DNA of 64,000 nt from positions 1-64,000 of the IMG/VR virus record IMGVR_UViG_3300048597_000634; one strand, given 5' to 3'. The position numbers and the translations under genes are program-made. Shown piece by piece: positions 1 to 9,043 of this stretch (positions are counted from its first letter, which is position 1; each line of letters opens with the position of its first letter). The notes under the pieces are model-generated. The model saw only the letters and a list, made by a program, of their open reading frames with translations, searched no databases and had not been told where the DNA came from.

Positions 1-819
1 GTGTCGGTCTAACTCAGGCAAATAACTTAATAACTCCGCTACCATCTTTGTACAATCATCCCGTTGTGCTTTTATCTCACCTTCATTAGGCATAGGGTCC
101 GCAATATAATCCAACAGGTTAATATCTGCTTCTATCTTCGAGTCTAACGACACAGGCTGTCGCAAATAAGGCGTAAGCCGGGCTATAGTTTCCCTCGTTA
201 ATCCGGTTAACTCTATTAGCTTATTAACCCCTGGCATCCGTCCATGTACTAAATAATAGTCCTTTCTTGCTTGCCTCATTAGCCGGATCTTATCTGTTAC
301 GTGTACTGGTAGTCGGATAGCACGTCCTCCATTTGTTATCCCTTTGTTAATTGACTCCTTAATCCAGAAGCTAACATAGGTACTAAACTTGACGCCATAC
401 TTAGGGTCATATCGTTCGGTGCCGCGTATTAGACCTGCATTACCTTCTTGGACCATATCGTAAAAAGAAAGGTTAATCGTTGAGTATCTCTTAGCAACGT
501 TAACTACCAGTCTAAGATTATGGTTGATTAGCTTTTGGCGGGCGGCTTCTCCTACCTTATATATCTGTCTCAACTCCTTAACAGGCATCTTCCGTAGTCT
601 GGCTAGTTGTTCAACGGTTATATCTAACTGCCGGCGTACTTTCTCAAAGCGCATCATTGCTTGCACTTCATTCCCTAGCTTTATCTCTTCGTCCCTACTA
701 AGCAAAGGATAACGACCTATCTCCCCGAGGTAGTGGGCAAATAGGTCGTTATGCTTGGGACCATCTTGTTTATGTTTTGCTGGGCTTGTTAAGTCGGCGG
801 TTATAGTTGCTGATTGCAT
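1..819 (-). CDS. Phage-encoded sigma-70 family RNA polymerase sigma factor (group 1/2-like); C-terminus runs off the window start
   Basis: Absent from the ORF track; translated by hand from ATG at 819. Region 1.2-like YLGEIGRYPLLSRDEEIKLGNEVQAMM, region 2 LINHNLRLVVNVAKRY...DMVQEGNAGLIRGTERYDPKYGVKFSTYVSFWIKESI, region 3 RAIRLPVHV...PVSLD. Frame open to position 1. Confidence 0.92.
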   Translation of the reverse strand, partial: MQSATITADLTSPAKHKQDGPKHNDLFAHYLGEIGRYPLLSRDEEIKLGNEVQAMMRFEKVRRQLDITVEQLARLRKMPVKELRQIYKVGEAARQKLINHNLRLVVNVAKRYSTINLSFYDMVQEGNAGLIRGTERYDPKYGVKFSTYVSFWIKESINKGITNGGRAIRLPVHVTDKIRLMRQARKDYYLVHGRMPGVNKLIELTGLTRETIARLTPYLRQPVSLDSKIEADINLLDYIADPMPNEGEIKAQRDDCTKMVAELLSYLPELDRH

Positions 820-869
820 GGCGATTATCCTCCCTAGGATTAAGGTACTCGCCATTACCATAACAAACC

Positions 870-1334
870 TTAGCCCACCGAGATAAGGCTTCCTACCTCC
901 ATTTTCTCCATAGAATCCTTAAGAAATTCTTTAATTAAGGGGAAGTGATGTTCTTTGGACACTACATGGTGTAAAAGCGTCGGTCGATAATCCGTAAAAG
1001 CAGATGATAAAGACTTCACTATATGTAGAAACCCGGCTTCTAAACCTGTCTCTACATGGTCTAATCCATCTAAAGCCTCAGTGGCTCCCGGTTCGGCTAC
1101 AGTCTTCTTCTCAGGCTTATCCATCGTCTGTAAATCAGCCAACAACTTCCTTGGTGGAGTGTAAGGCGGTTTATAGCATAACGCCATAAACACAGAGGCG
1201 GAATTGATGTTTAAACCTGGAATAGTACGAGTCTGACCAGGCTGCCTTCTCAAGCACAGCAGATGCAAAGCCTTTAAGTCCCCTTTAGTATTCGGACCAG
1301 CCCACATACTGGCTTTATGCCCTAGGGTTATCAA
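870..1334 (-). CDS. Probable C-terminal half of a degenerate DNA-methyltransferase-like protein, in the -1 frame relative to 1331-2278
   Basis: Starts only with TTG and overlaps the upstream stop. The -1 frame joins as ...NVLSPGG-FALITLGHK..., which resembles the VLKPGG-hydrophobic-strand segment of N4/N6 methyltransferases. Confidence 0.4.
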   Translation of the reverse strand: MITLGHKASMWAGPNTKGDLKALHLLCLRRQPGQTRTIPGLNINSASVFMALCYKPPYTPPRKLLADLQTMDKPEKKTVAEPGATEALDGLDHVETGLEAGFLHIVKSLSSAFTDYRPTLLHHVVSKEHHFPLIKEFLKDSMEKMEVGSLISVG

Positions 1335-2278
1335 AGCAAACCCCCAGGGGATAACACATTGCCTAATTCTTCAGTAAGACGACCATAACCTCCTCCATCT
1401 ACAAAGTCGTAAGATAAGGGCGCTTCTACTAATGCTATGTTGACATCTGTGCCAGCGGGAATATCCTTCAAATTACGGTAAATAGTGGTCGTCGGAGTGA
1501 CATTCACGGAGACGGCACTAGAACGGGCTGTAGCGGCTTCTTCCTCTGACTTGGCGTGTGCTTCATTTATGACCTTTAAGGCGGCTTTAGGGTCCGTTAT
1601 TTCGCCCTTAGAGATGACTTGAGCCACTTCTACTTGCTTTTTCTTCGACAACCGCTGGAATGTTCTTAGATATGAGGGATTTTCGGCCATAGCAACTTTG
1701 GTCAAAGTGCTTGCTACTTTTGGATCTACACCAGCAGTCGCTAATTGGATTTTTCGATAAGTCTGAACTACCTTCTCAGTGTCTTCAGGCTCAATAGCTT
1801 CATTTTCGATCAGTTCTAGAGCAATGTCCTTTGCAGCGGGCTCCACACTACTATTAGATAGTCGATATAACTTCGTGAGTGGTATTCGCGTCAACGCCTC
1901 TGGGTACATGTGCTTATATTGGTCATAAAGCTTGTAGGCGTTCATCCAATTATAAACCGTTGACACACCAATGACACCGCCAAAGGCGGATTTTACCCAC
2001 GCTTGCCAATGGTTTTCTTTCACTAGGTTCTCCTTCACATAGGTGAAGATTTCTCCTAGTCGCACCACGTTCTCTAGACTGCGGTGCATGATAGACCGGA
2101 TTTCATTTTCACAGTCCGCTAGTGTATGCCCCATCGACAAGTCTTTTAACGCCTGTCCTGAGTCATACTCTTCCATGGGTAGCAGGAAGTCTTGCACCAC
2201 TTGAGTCATGTCCGATGACATAGGCTCAAGGGTGGGCAACGGCTTTACTTCCTTCTTCTTTGCGGTTCTGCTGGGCAT
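1331..2278 (-). CDS. DUF3102-like phage protein with a methyltransferase-like C-terminal start
   Basis: VVRLGEIFTYVKENLVKENHWQAWVKSAFGGVIGVSTVYNWMNAY resembles the DUF3102 helical motif. C-terminal ALVEAPLSY...ELGNVLSPGG resembles a degenerate DPPY...RVLKPGG segment. Confidence 0.5.
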   Translation of the reverse strand: MPSRTAKKKEVKPLPTLEPMSSDMTQVVQDFLLPMEEYDSGQALKDLSMGHTLADCENEIRSIMHRSLENVVRLGEIFTYVKENLVKENHWQAWVKSAFGGVIGVSTVYNWMNAYKLYDQYKHMYPEALTRIPLTKLYRLSNSSVEPAAKDIALELIENEAIEPEDTEKVVQTYRKIQLATAGVDPKVASTLTKVAMAENPSYLRTFQRLSKKKQVEVAQVISKGEITDPKAALKVINEAHAKSEEEAATARSSAVSVNVTPTTTIYRNLKDIPAGTDVNIALVEAPLSYDFVDGGGYGRLTEELGNVLSPGGLL

Positions 2279-2411
2279 GATTAATTTCAGCGGGTATTAG
2301 TAAATGGGCTTTAACATCAACCCGCCTACCCGATACTACCCAAAAAGTAGATACAAGCTAGGCGGGTCAGTAATCTATTAATAACACAGCTTCCTGCTGA
2401 TTTCACACCCA

Positions 2412-2657
2412 TCAGGCAGACAATTTAAAAACTGCTACGTAAGCTAGGTATTTATCTAATGCATACTTATAATCTGCCGTTAGCTTATAGTTCTTAAGCG
2501 GTACAACTACTAAATCTAACCAGTCTATTAACTCTTGCGTCTCAAATAACTCTGCTACTGTATCCTGCGCCTCCAATAATAGTCGCGTAAGACGTCTAAC
2601 TCCTTCGGCGGCTTCTGTTCTGGTCAGCTTTGCGGACTGGGGCTCGGTAGGCTTCAT
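2412..2657 (-). CDS. Hypothetical protein (81 aa)
   Basis: ORF track; co-oriented with neighbours. Confidence 0.55.
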   Translation of the reverse strand: MKPTEPQSAKLTRTEAAEGVRRLTRLLLEAQDTVAELFETQELIDWLDLVVVPLKNYKLTADYKYALDKYLAYVAVFKLSA

Positions 2658-2712
2658 GACAGGTACTACTTGGATAGTTATTATGGGAAACTATTAAGTG
2701 TAGAACAAAAAG

Positions 2713-2946
2713 TCATTGCTGGACGACATCACTAGTAGGAAGTTCCCTATCTAACTCATAGATTACTCCGGTGTTTATACCGCCTAGCCAGAATAAGGAA
2801 GTCACTAAAAGCCCGCCAATAACCATGCTGGCGATTACAATGCGCTCACCACGGTTGGTGGCTTTGGTCTTGGTTTGATTGTTGTCAAGGTTCATAATAA
2901 TTAATACTCGGGGGTATGGGTAAGGGTTGGTGGGTCCGGCCGTCAC
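2713..2946 (-). CDS. Small membrane protein; true start may be MNLDNNQ
   Basis: One hydrophobic segment IVIASMVIGGLLVTSLFWLGGI. Confidence 0.5.
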   Translation of the reverse strand: MTAGPTNPYPYPRVLIIMNLDNNQTKTKATNRGERIVIASMVIGGLLVTSLFWLGGINTGVIYELDRELPTSDVVQQ

Positions 2947-3140
2947 CGCTAAAAATTTGACACTCCCTCCGTTAATTGCTGACGCAATCTTAACGGGGGA
3001 TTCTTAGATTCACACCTAAGAGTTTCTGCTTCACAGATTGGTAACTAGGCAAAGCCCCCGTCCCATCATCTCCACAGACGTTTTTGGATACGCTATGCCC
3101 TAGCGCATATTCAGTACCTCGATTCCTGATTACTTGTGCA
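2937..3140 (-). ncRNA. Putative TnpB omega/re-RNA: scaffold overlapping the tnpB 3' end, guide taken from flanking DNA (ATTTTTAGCGGTGACGGCCG...)
   Basis: Established TnpB biology places the RNA across the element's right end, and that end is visible at 2957. The RNA 5' boundary is approximate. Confidence 0.55.
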
Positions 3141-4400
3141 GCTGCCACGTCTCTATGCGTCTTGTAGCTGCACTCAGGGCAGCTATGTTCTCTTTCTTTT
3201 AGAGACTTCTTACCTGTGTGAGCACCGCAGTTAGGACACGTCTGGGAGGTGTAGTCTTTATTTACCTCCGCTACATAAACATCCCGCTTCCACGCTACCC
3301 AATTAAGAATGGTAACGAACTGCCCAAAGCTGGCATCTAATGTATGTTTGCCTAACATCCCTTTAGCCCAAGTAACAAAGTTAATATCTTCTAGGAAGAT
3401 AGCTCCAGCTTGGTCGCAGAGGTGATGAGCCAACTTAAAGTGCCAGTCTTTGCGAGTATCAGAAATACGTTGGTGTAACCTAGCAATCTTCTGGTTGAGC
3501 TTGTGACGATTGTTAGACCCTTTTTGCTTGTTCCTTAATCTACGTTGTAGCGACTTCAGCTCACGATGTAGTTGGTTCAAGAATTGAGGTCTGGTAACAA
3601 GTTCTCCATCTGATGTTGCTAAAAACTTATCCAATCCTAAATCAATACCCAAGGAATGTCCGTGGAATGGAACATCAGGAACACTGACGTCTAGTTGCAG
3701 AGAGAGCATCACGAAATAACCTGATGCCCGTCGTACAATCCTCGCCTGTTTAACCTCGAAGCCTTCTGGTATATCTCTGGACTTCCTAAACTTAACCCAC
3801 CCTAATTGAGGTAGCTTTATTTGGTTTCCTTGGAGACAGTCCTTAAGCATCTGGGGATAAACAAAAGAGCGTAGCCGATACCTATTCTTGAAGCGGGGGA
3901 ACCCTTTCTTCTTTGACTGCATATCGACAAAAGCTCTGTCCAAAGCTTTCAACACTTGCTGTAGAACTTGGGCGTTAACGCTAGATAACCTTTCATCCAT
4001 TTTCTTGGCTTCTGTCAGAGCTCTTGCTTGACTGTGATAACCAGGATAAGGAGTATCGGCTGGAATAATATATTCCCGTTCCAATGAGCAAACGTTGACT
4101 GGGGACCTCCGAGAATTAATCCAATCCTTCCTTTCCCTTAAAGCAAAATTCCAGACCGAACGACAAACATCCAAGGTATTTTCGATTACCTCGATTTGGC
4201 GTTGGTCTAGGACCAGCTTAAATCCGTAAGTTAAGGACAGCATTGTTTTTCTTGGCGAAGCCCATCCCAATATTAATTTGTTCTACACAGATACGTCAAG
4301 CTGTGTAGGATTCGCTTCGCTCAGTTTGAGTTGCTGGTCAAAATTCATCTCACCGCTAAGCCTATCGGCTCTAACGGGAGTCCTCTTTTGACATTTAAGA
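2957..4400 (-). mobile_element. IS200/IS605-family element carrying tnpB only (IS1341-like, no tnpA)
   Basis: Right end on the - strand reads GAATCCCCCGTTAA...TTAACGGAGGGAGTGTCAA (hairpin ending in TCAA at 2957). Left-end palindromic segment GTCAAAA...TTTTGAC lies at about 4335-4393. The exact left boundary is not resolved. Confidence 0.8.
2990..4270 (-). CDS. tnpB: TnpB RNA-guided endonuclease
   Basis: N-terminal HTH (YGFKLVLDQRQ), RuvC I GIDLG, RuvC II FLEDI, Zn ribbon CPNC...CPEC, RuvC III HRDVAAAQVI. All three acidic catalytic residues are present. Confidence 0.95.
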   Translation of the reverse strand: MGWASPRKTMLSLTYGFKLVLDQRQIEVIENTLDVCRSVWNFALRERKDWINSRRSPVNVCSLEREYIIPADTPYPGYHSQARALTEAKKMDERLSSVNAQVLQQVLKALDRAFVDMQSKKKGFPRFKNRYRLRSFVYPQMLKDCLQGNQIKLPQLGWVKFRKSRDIPEGFEVKQARIVRRASGYFVMLSLQLDVSVPDVPFHGHSLGIDLGLDKFLATSDGELVTRPQFLNQLHRELKSLQRRLRNKQKGSNNRHKLNQKIARLHQRISDTRKDWHFKLAHHLCDQAGAIFLEDINFVTWAKGMLGKHTLDASFGQFVTILNWVAWKRDVYVAEVNKDYTSQTCPNCGAHTGKKSLKEREHSCPECSYKTHRDVAAAQVIRNRGTEYALGHSVSKNVCGDDGTGALPSYQSVKQKLLGVNLRIPR

Positions 4401-4449
4401 TAGAAATACGGTAGTGGTCATACGGGGGATAGTGTTGGCTTTTTTATAG

Positions 4450-4463
4450 CGGCTGTCGCATTT
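4450..4463 (-). promoter_or_regulatory. Variant copy of the ACAGCCG promoter-like motif, upstream of the IS insertion
   Basis: - strand TTTAAATGCGACAGCCGC immediately after the 4466-4508 terminator. Confidence 0.4.
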
Positions 4464-4465
4464 AA

Positions 4466-4508
4466 AGAAAGAGATTAATCAAGGAAAATCCCTGATTAAT
4501 CTCTTTCT
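4466..4508 (-). terminator. Intrinsic terminator after the 370-aa membrane protein gene
   Basis: Perfect 16-bp inverted repeat AGAAAGAGATTAATCA / TGATTAATCTCTTTCT. Confidence 0.75.
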
Positions 4509-4511
4509 GGA

Positions 4512-5624
4512 TTAAGTGGTCACGAAACATACGGCAAGGGCACGCATGCCTGCTACTGGTGCAGATACAGCTAATAATACGGCTGCTACTAAGCAAATTA
4601 ATATACCTAACGGAGCCTCCGCTTGTATCAGAACCAACTGGAATACCAGCGGCGCTATTAGGAGATATTCGTAATGCTTCAACGAAGATATAGAAGGTAA
4701 GTTAACCCTAGACAACGCTAAGGTAACCAAAGCAGCCATTAAGGTGGCTACAAAGCCAATGAAGACGATAAGGATAGGGTTAAACGGTGGTAATTGTGGC
4801 AGCCAGAGCTGCAAAGCATCGCCTAACATGGTCTTTCCAGATAGGTGACCATGCCAGAACCAGGCTCCCATAACCCATCCTTCGATGATGATATCGGCGC
4901 CGCCAAGGGCTAACGTAAAGTTTGGATTGGCAGACCATGTACGGGCAGATGCAGACATGGTATAACCAGGCACGCACCATACAGTGAATGCCATCCATAA
5001 CTGCTCCAGGAAGCTTGTTATAGGCGTCCAATGACCAGTTATGGGTCTGGGGTCTTCATCGGTCGGCGCAAAGCGATTTCTAAGCAGATTAGACAATGCA
5101 ACCGTTGTTAACAGGGCGATGGCGGGCGATTTGACTAGGTTTACTAGGACTATACAGGTAACAACGGTTATAAGGATTAACAGTGGATTAATCTGTTTTT
5201 GTTCTTCATCGTTGCAACGCAATAGGATAATCCAACCAAAGACTAATGCTGCAAACCAGTAGGGTAGTTGCAGGGGTATGGCTGGTATTAGTTTGGCGAT
5301 CATTACAGCTCCTAAGGCAAAACAGCCTATGCGCTGGGCAATGACTACTAAGGTTAGCTTAAAGGGATGGGGCGCCGCCGCCGCTGGATTGGACGGCATA
5401 ATAGGTAATACAGCAAGGTTAGAAACCGCTGGACTTATACCGTCTAACTCGTTAAGACAGTTAGCTATATTCACCGTTAGATAGGCTGCTATGGCTAACG
5501 GTAAGTTATGCCCGGTAAAGGTATATGTGATTAGGAGCGCGGCATAGTTTTGTAACACGCCTAGACGGGTTAACACAGCACACGCTAAGACTATCAAAAA
5601 CATTGATAAGAGGAAGGAGAACAT
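4512..5624 (-). CDS. Polytopic membrane protein, weakly TctA/DUF112-like
   Basis: About 10 hydrophobic segments. LAVLP, VPG..S and GHLSG motifs are loosely reminiscent of the TctA family. Confidence 0.45.
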   Translation of the reverse strand: MFSFLLSMFLIVLACAVLTRLGVLQNYAALLITYTFTGHNLPLAIAAYLTVNIANCLNELDGISPAVSNLAVLPIMPSNPAAAAPHPFKLTLVVIAQRIGCFALGAVMIAKLIPAIPLQLPYWFAALVFGWIILLRCNDEEQKQINPLLILITVVTCIVLVNLVKSPAIALLTTVALSNLLRNRFAPTDEDPRPITGHWTPITSFLEQLWMAFTVWCVPGYTMSASARTWSANPNFTLALGGADIIIEGWVMGAWFWHGHLSGKTMLGDALQLWLPQLPPFNPILIVFIGFVATLMAALVTLALSRVNLPSISSLKHYEYLLIAPLVFQLVLIQAEAPLGILICLVAAVLLAVSAPVAGMRALAVCFVTT

Positions 5625-6385
5625 GGGGGACTACCGTGAATTGTTCTTTCATGTAAATACGGGTCGGGGGCTGGATATATACCGCGATGGCGGCGTTTAT
5701 AATCCTGCGGGAACGGGTCAAATGCTTCTATGGACGTTACTTCCCCATTACGAGGGTTAAACGTCAGCACCCAATGACTATTAACTGGAAAGTCACTGCG
5801 GATATAACCATCAGGAAGTTTGTTGATATACATGCCGTTGGTGAATTCTATGCTGCCGCCATTATTGCGGGTTACTACATAGACCGGCGGTTTTAACGCA
5901 TGGTAATCCTCAGGCAAAGGTAAGATTTGCTCTGGTTTCGGTGTAGTTACTAGCTCGGCAGATAGGTCAGCCTCATAGGTGATGGGACCGCCAATGGCAC
6001 TACTGGTCTCTATAACCTTTAATGGCGTACCTTTGGGGATTACAGATACACCATTAGCCGGCGCCATTTTTATCTTTAACTTATCTGAGCCTATATACAC
6101 ACAGCTACGACCACAGATGGATAGGTTCTTAACTTGTAGGTCGAAGGGCAGGGTTTTAATGGCTGATTTGGAAGACTGATCAATGCCGCGCCCTTGCTCT
6201 AATAAGATGGCTACTAGCCCAAAAATAAAGATGCCTAGTATCCCTACAAAGCAGGAATACACGAGCATCTTATGTGTACGTACAGACAAATCCCCAGTGG
6301 GCGTTGGTATTACCGGCTTTGCATTTGGCATTACCGGCTTTGGTTCACCAGTGGGGTCATGGTACGGGTTAATAATGGGTCGCAT
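5594..6385 (-). CDS. Hypothetical membrane-anchored protein (263 aa)
   Basis: Single TM LVYSCFVGILGIFIFGLVAILL; overlaps the downstream gene start. Confidence 0.6.
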   Translation of the reverse strand: MRPIINPYHDPTGEPKPVMPNAKPVIPTPTGDLSVRTHKMLVYSCFVGILGIFIFGLVAILLEQGRGIDQSSKSAIKTLPFDLQVKNLSICGRSCVYIGSDKLKIKMAPANGVSVIPKGTPLKVIETSSAIGGPITYEADLSAELVTTPKPEQILPLPEDYHALKPPVYVVTRNNGGSIEFTNGMYINKLPDGYIRSDFPVNSHWVLTFNPRNGEVTSIEAFDPFPQDYKRRHRGIYPAPDPYLHERTIHGSPPCSPSSYQCF

Positions 6386-6389
6386 AGGG

Positions 6390-6932
6390 CTATTGGGCGG
6401 CGGCTAAAGGTGACAACACTGATGGTGCCACACCAATAGGACGACCAATAGGATTGTCTACTGGTTCCCCGTCTAGTAAGTACCAAAGCATCCTTGAAGG
6501 ACGCTCTCCTTCTTCATTGGGGTCTAGGAATACCCGGCGCACATCATAGGGCGGTTTACGCCGGTTCTGTGTCTGGATATCTGTACAAGCCCAATACGAA
6601 TAGTCCCGAGTTAAGGTCAGTAACGGCTTGGGCGCTGCACCACCTATCAACAACGGCGTATAGGTATGCAGTTCCCGGTTAAAGGCGTTAATGGTTACCT
6701 CGGTACCGACACCGCCGACAGTGACCTCTAAGACAATAGACTCAGGGTCGTCTAAGTCACCGCAGGGTAGCCATTCTGTCTCATTAGGCGGTAGGAATTG
6801 CTTTGATTCAAAGACTAACCGCGCTGCCCATTCTGCTTGATTAGCAGAAGCACGAATGGATTTCATAATGCGCGGGTCAGCACCGAGGAACTTGGCATGG
6901 ATTAGACGACACTCATAGATGAATTTGTTCAT
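6390..6932 (-). CDS. Hypothetical protein (180 aa)
   Basis: ORF track; tightly packed with 5594-6385. Confidence 0.65.
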   Translation of the reverse strand: MNKFIYECRLIHAKFLGADPRIMKSIRASANQAEWAARLVFESKQFLPPNETEWLPCGDLDDPESIVLEVTVGGVGTEVTINAFNRELHTYTPLLIGGAAPKPLLTLTRDYSYWACTDIQTQNRRKPPYDVRRVFLDPNEEGERPSRMLWYLLDGEPVDNPIGRPIGVAPSVLSPLAAAQ

Positions 6933-7038
6933 TGTTTTGTTTAGGTCTTAGGTTGAACGGGAGGAAAAAGAAAAGAGAACACCAAGCGGCGTTCTCTTAG
7001 CTAATTAGAGGTAATCAGGTAGCAACGGTTAGTCAGTC

Positions 7039-7773
7039 TTACAGCGCACGACCACCAGTAGCGGCGGCAGCAGTAGGATTAACAGTTGGTGCAGCACTAA
7101 CACCGGGTACGAATACAGCGGCGGCGGCGGTGGCAGGTTGACCAGGAGCTTTAATGCCCTGTCCGATGAAATGGAAATCACCAGGGGTCCAGGCAAAGCT
7201 ATCTAACGCGGGCACCTGCCCCTCAATCCCACGCTCAGTGAGGGTAAAGGTCACATAACCGGTGTTAGGGGACTTGGGAGTCAACCACATACGTTGTTTG
7301 GCAGCTGCACTGCCAGTTTTGTAGTTGTTGTCGCCGTTGAGCGCCCATTGTTTGGCGTAGTTGATTAGGTTACTGAGGTCGTCTTCGGTGATTAAACCGG
7401 CGGCGACTTGGTCGGGACCTAAACGAATACGTTGGGTATAATGCCCGGAGTTGTGGGTGCCTTCGGTTTGACCTTTGGCTTTGGGTACTACGCTCAGTTT
7501 GAAGTCCTGGGCGGTGGCACCGCTAGGCACAACAATATGGCTGAGTTGGAATTTGCCTTCAACAGCTTGCTTACCATCGGGTAATTCGATGATGGTGGGC
7601 TCGGTGAAGGGAATTTCAAACATGCGCGCCGCTAAATCTTTAGCCAATACATAGAATGCTGGATTACCTTGGGTCTTCTCGTTTCGGAGTTGATCCATGA
7701 AGTATTCACACAGCATGAACTGAGAGGTTTCGGAAATGGCGCGGTACTGTTCGACGATGTTTGTAGTTTGCAT
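7039..7773 (-). CDS. Hypothetical protein (244 aa) with Ala/Pro-rich tail
   Basis: Long ORF with biased codon usage; followed by the hairpin AAGAGAACaccaagcggcGTTCTCTT. Confidence 0.7.
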   Translation of the reverse strand: MQTTNIVEQYRAISETSQFMLCEYFMDQLRNEKTQGNPAFYVLAKDLAARMFEIPFTEPTIIELPDGKQAVEGKFQLSHIVVPSGATAQDFKLSVVPKAKGQTEGTHNSGHYTQRIRLGPDQVAAGLITEDDLSNLINYAKQWALNGDNNYKTGSAAAKQRMWLTPKSPNTGYVTFTLTERGIEGQVPALDSFAWTPGDFHFIGQGIKAPGQPATAAAAVFVPGVSAAPTVNPTAAAATGGRAL

Positions 7774-7927
7774 TTTTTTGGTTAATGGTTAGGGTTTTGT
7801 TTACTTGGGGCGGAGCCTTATGACTCCATTTAATTCTCTTTTTCCCGCTCGGTGGGGCTAAAGGTGGGTTCTTTGGAGGGGCGCGGCGGCGCGGTTAATA
7901 TTCTTTTTACATTTCGGCGGGCATAGC

Positions 7928-7957
7928 TTGACAAATTAAAAGTTCGTAAATCATAAT
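7928..7957 (+). promoter_or_regulatory. Sigma70-consensus-like promoter facing a region with no + strand ORF
   Basis: TTGACA (7928-7933), 18 nt spacer, CATAAT (7952-7957). Confidence 0.5.
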
Positions 7958-7981
7958 GGGACTCAGCTAAGGTTAAGCCGG

Positions 7982-7997
7982 CGGCTATGACTCACAT
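7982..7997 (-). promoter_or_regulatory. Near-consensus copy of the ATGA-N5-AYAGCCG motif upstream of 7039-7773
   Basis: - strand ATGT-gagtc-ATAGCCG (one mismatch). Confidence 0.45.
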
Positions 7998-8272
7998 ACA
8001 TGTAGATAAGATGGTCCATACTCACGTCAGTCACTGGGGCGCTTAAGCTACATAGAGTCACTAGAACCCCGGTTTAATCAGCAAAGGTTCCATCAGCCCC
8101 CGTTTAGGGAAGCGGCAAAATGAGTTCCTAACGCTATAGCTACCTCAGGACAAGACTACATACAATATGACTTTTAAAACAGACTCATCATGAGCCTGGT
8201 TTTGTCGTATCTAGGCGTAGAAATAAAAAAGAAGGGCTAGCCTTGGGGACTAGCCGGGTAATGCTTTATTAG

Positions 8273-8422
8273 TTAGGAGACGATAGCTAACCTACGGGTC
8301 GGCGCTAAATGGTTAATGTCATCAGCGTCAGCGCGCCCTAGACGGGTCACTACTGAGAGCTTAGGGGTTAGGCGAAGGACGATAACGGCGGTGGGCTTGG
8401 CGGAGTGGGTGTTAATAGCCAT
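8273..8422 (-). CDS. Small hypothetical protein (49 aa, MAINTHSAKP...)
   Basis: Hand-translated ORF followed by a hairpin and U-tract at about 8221-8255. Confidence 0.4.
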   Translation of the reverse strand: MAINTHSAKPTAVIVLRLTPKLSVVTRLGRADADDINHLAPTRRLAIVS

Positions 8423-8737
8423 ACGGGATACCGATATTAATTAATCTACTAATTAACTTTTTCCCGTTAGGCGGCGCTCCACTTACTAAAAATGAAGAGC
8501 CCTACTTAGGACTCTTCTTTAATAATAGTTAGTGACATATAACCCATTATCTACCTTTAACGGTAGTTAAAAGCTACCTTCTGAGATGAACGCCATAAAT
8601 AAAAAGGTTTACGATACGATGGATAGTGGTACGGATTTTAGGTCATTAATTAGTGTGGAATGGTACTAATTAATGACCTGATTGGTAGGGAAAGCGTTAT
8701 GGGACGGGGGTTTATGGATTAGGAATGGTACGAGTCG

Positions 8738-9043
8738 TTAACTAAGAACGGGTAAGGCGCGGGCAAGCATTTGACGTAAATGGTCTACGGCTTCGGCTAA
8801 GTCGATGCCATAGAACGCGTGGCGCCCACCCCCGGTTAACACCGAACCTGTAAACTTGGCGATGCCCGAACCTACTACGAAGCGCTCATACTCGCAGGCT
8901 GAAACGCTGATGGTTTGGTAGTTTGAGGTGATTAGCGTTGGGTATTGCTTCACGGAATACGGTACGGTAGGATTGCCGTCAACGGTACGGGTTAAGATGT
9001 GTACGCCGATGATGCGGTGGTTTTGGTAGGTGATGGTCTTCAT
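8738..9043 (-). CDS. Hypothetical protein (101 aa)
   Basis: ORF track. Confidence 0.6.
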   Translation of the reverse strand: MKTITYQNHRIIGVHILTRTVDGNPTVPYSVKQYPTLITSNYQTISVSACEYERFVVGSGIAKFTGSVLTGGGRHAFYGIDLAEAVDHLRQMLARALPVLS

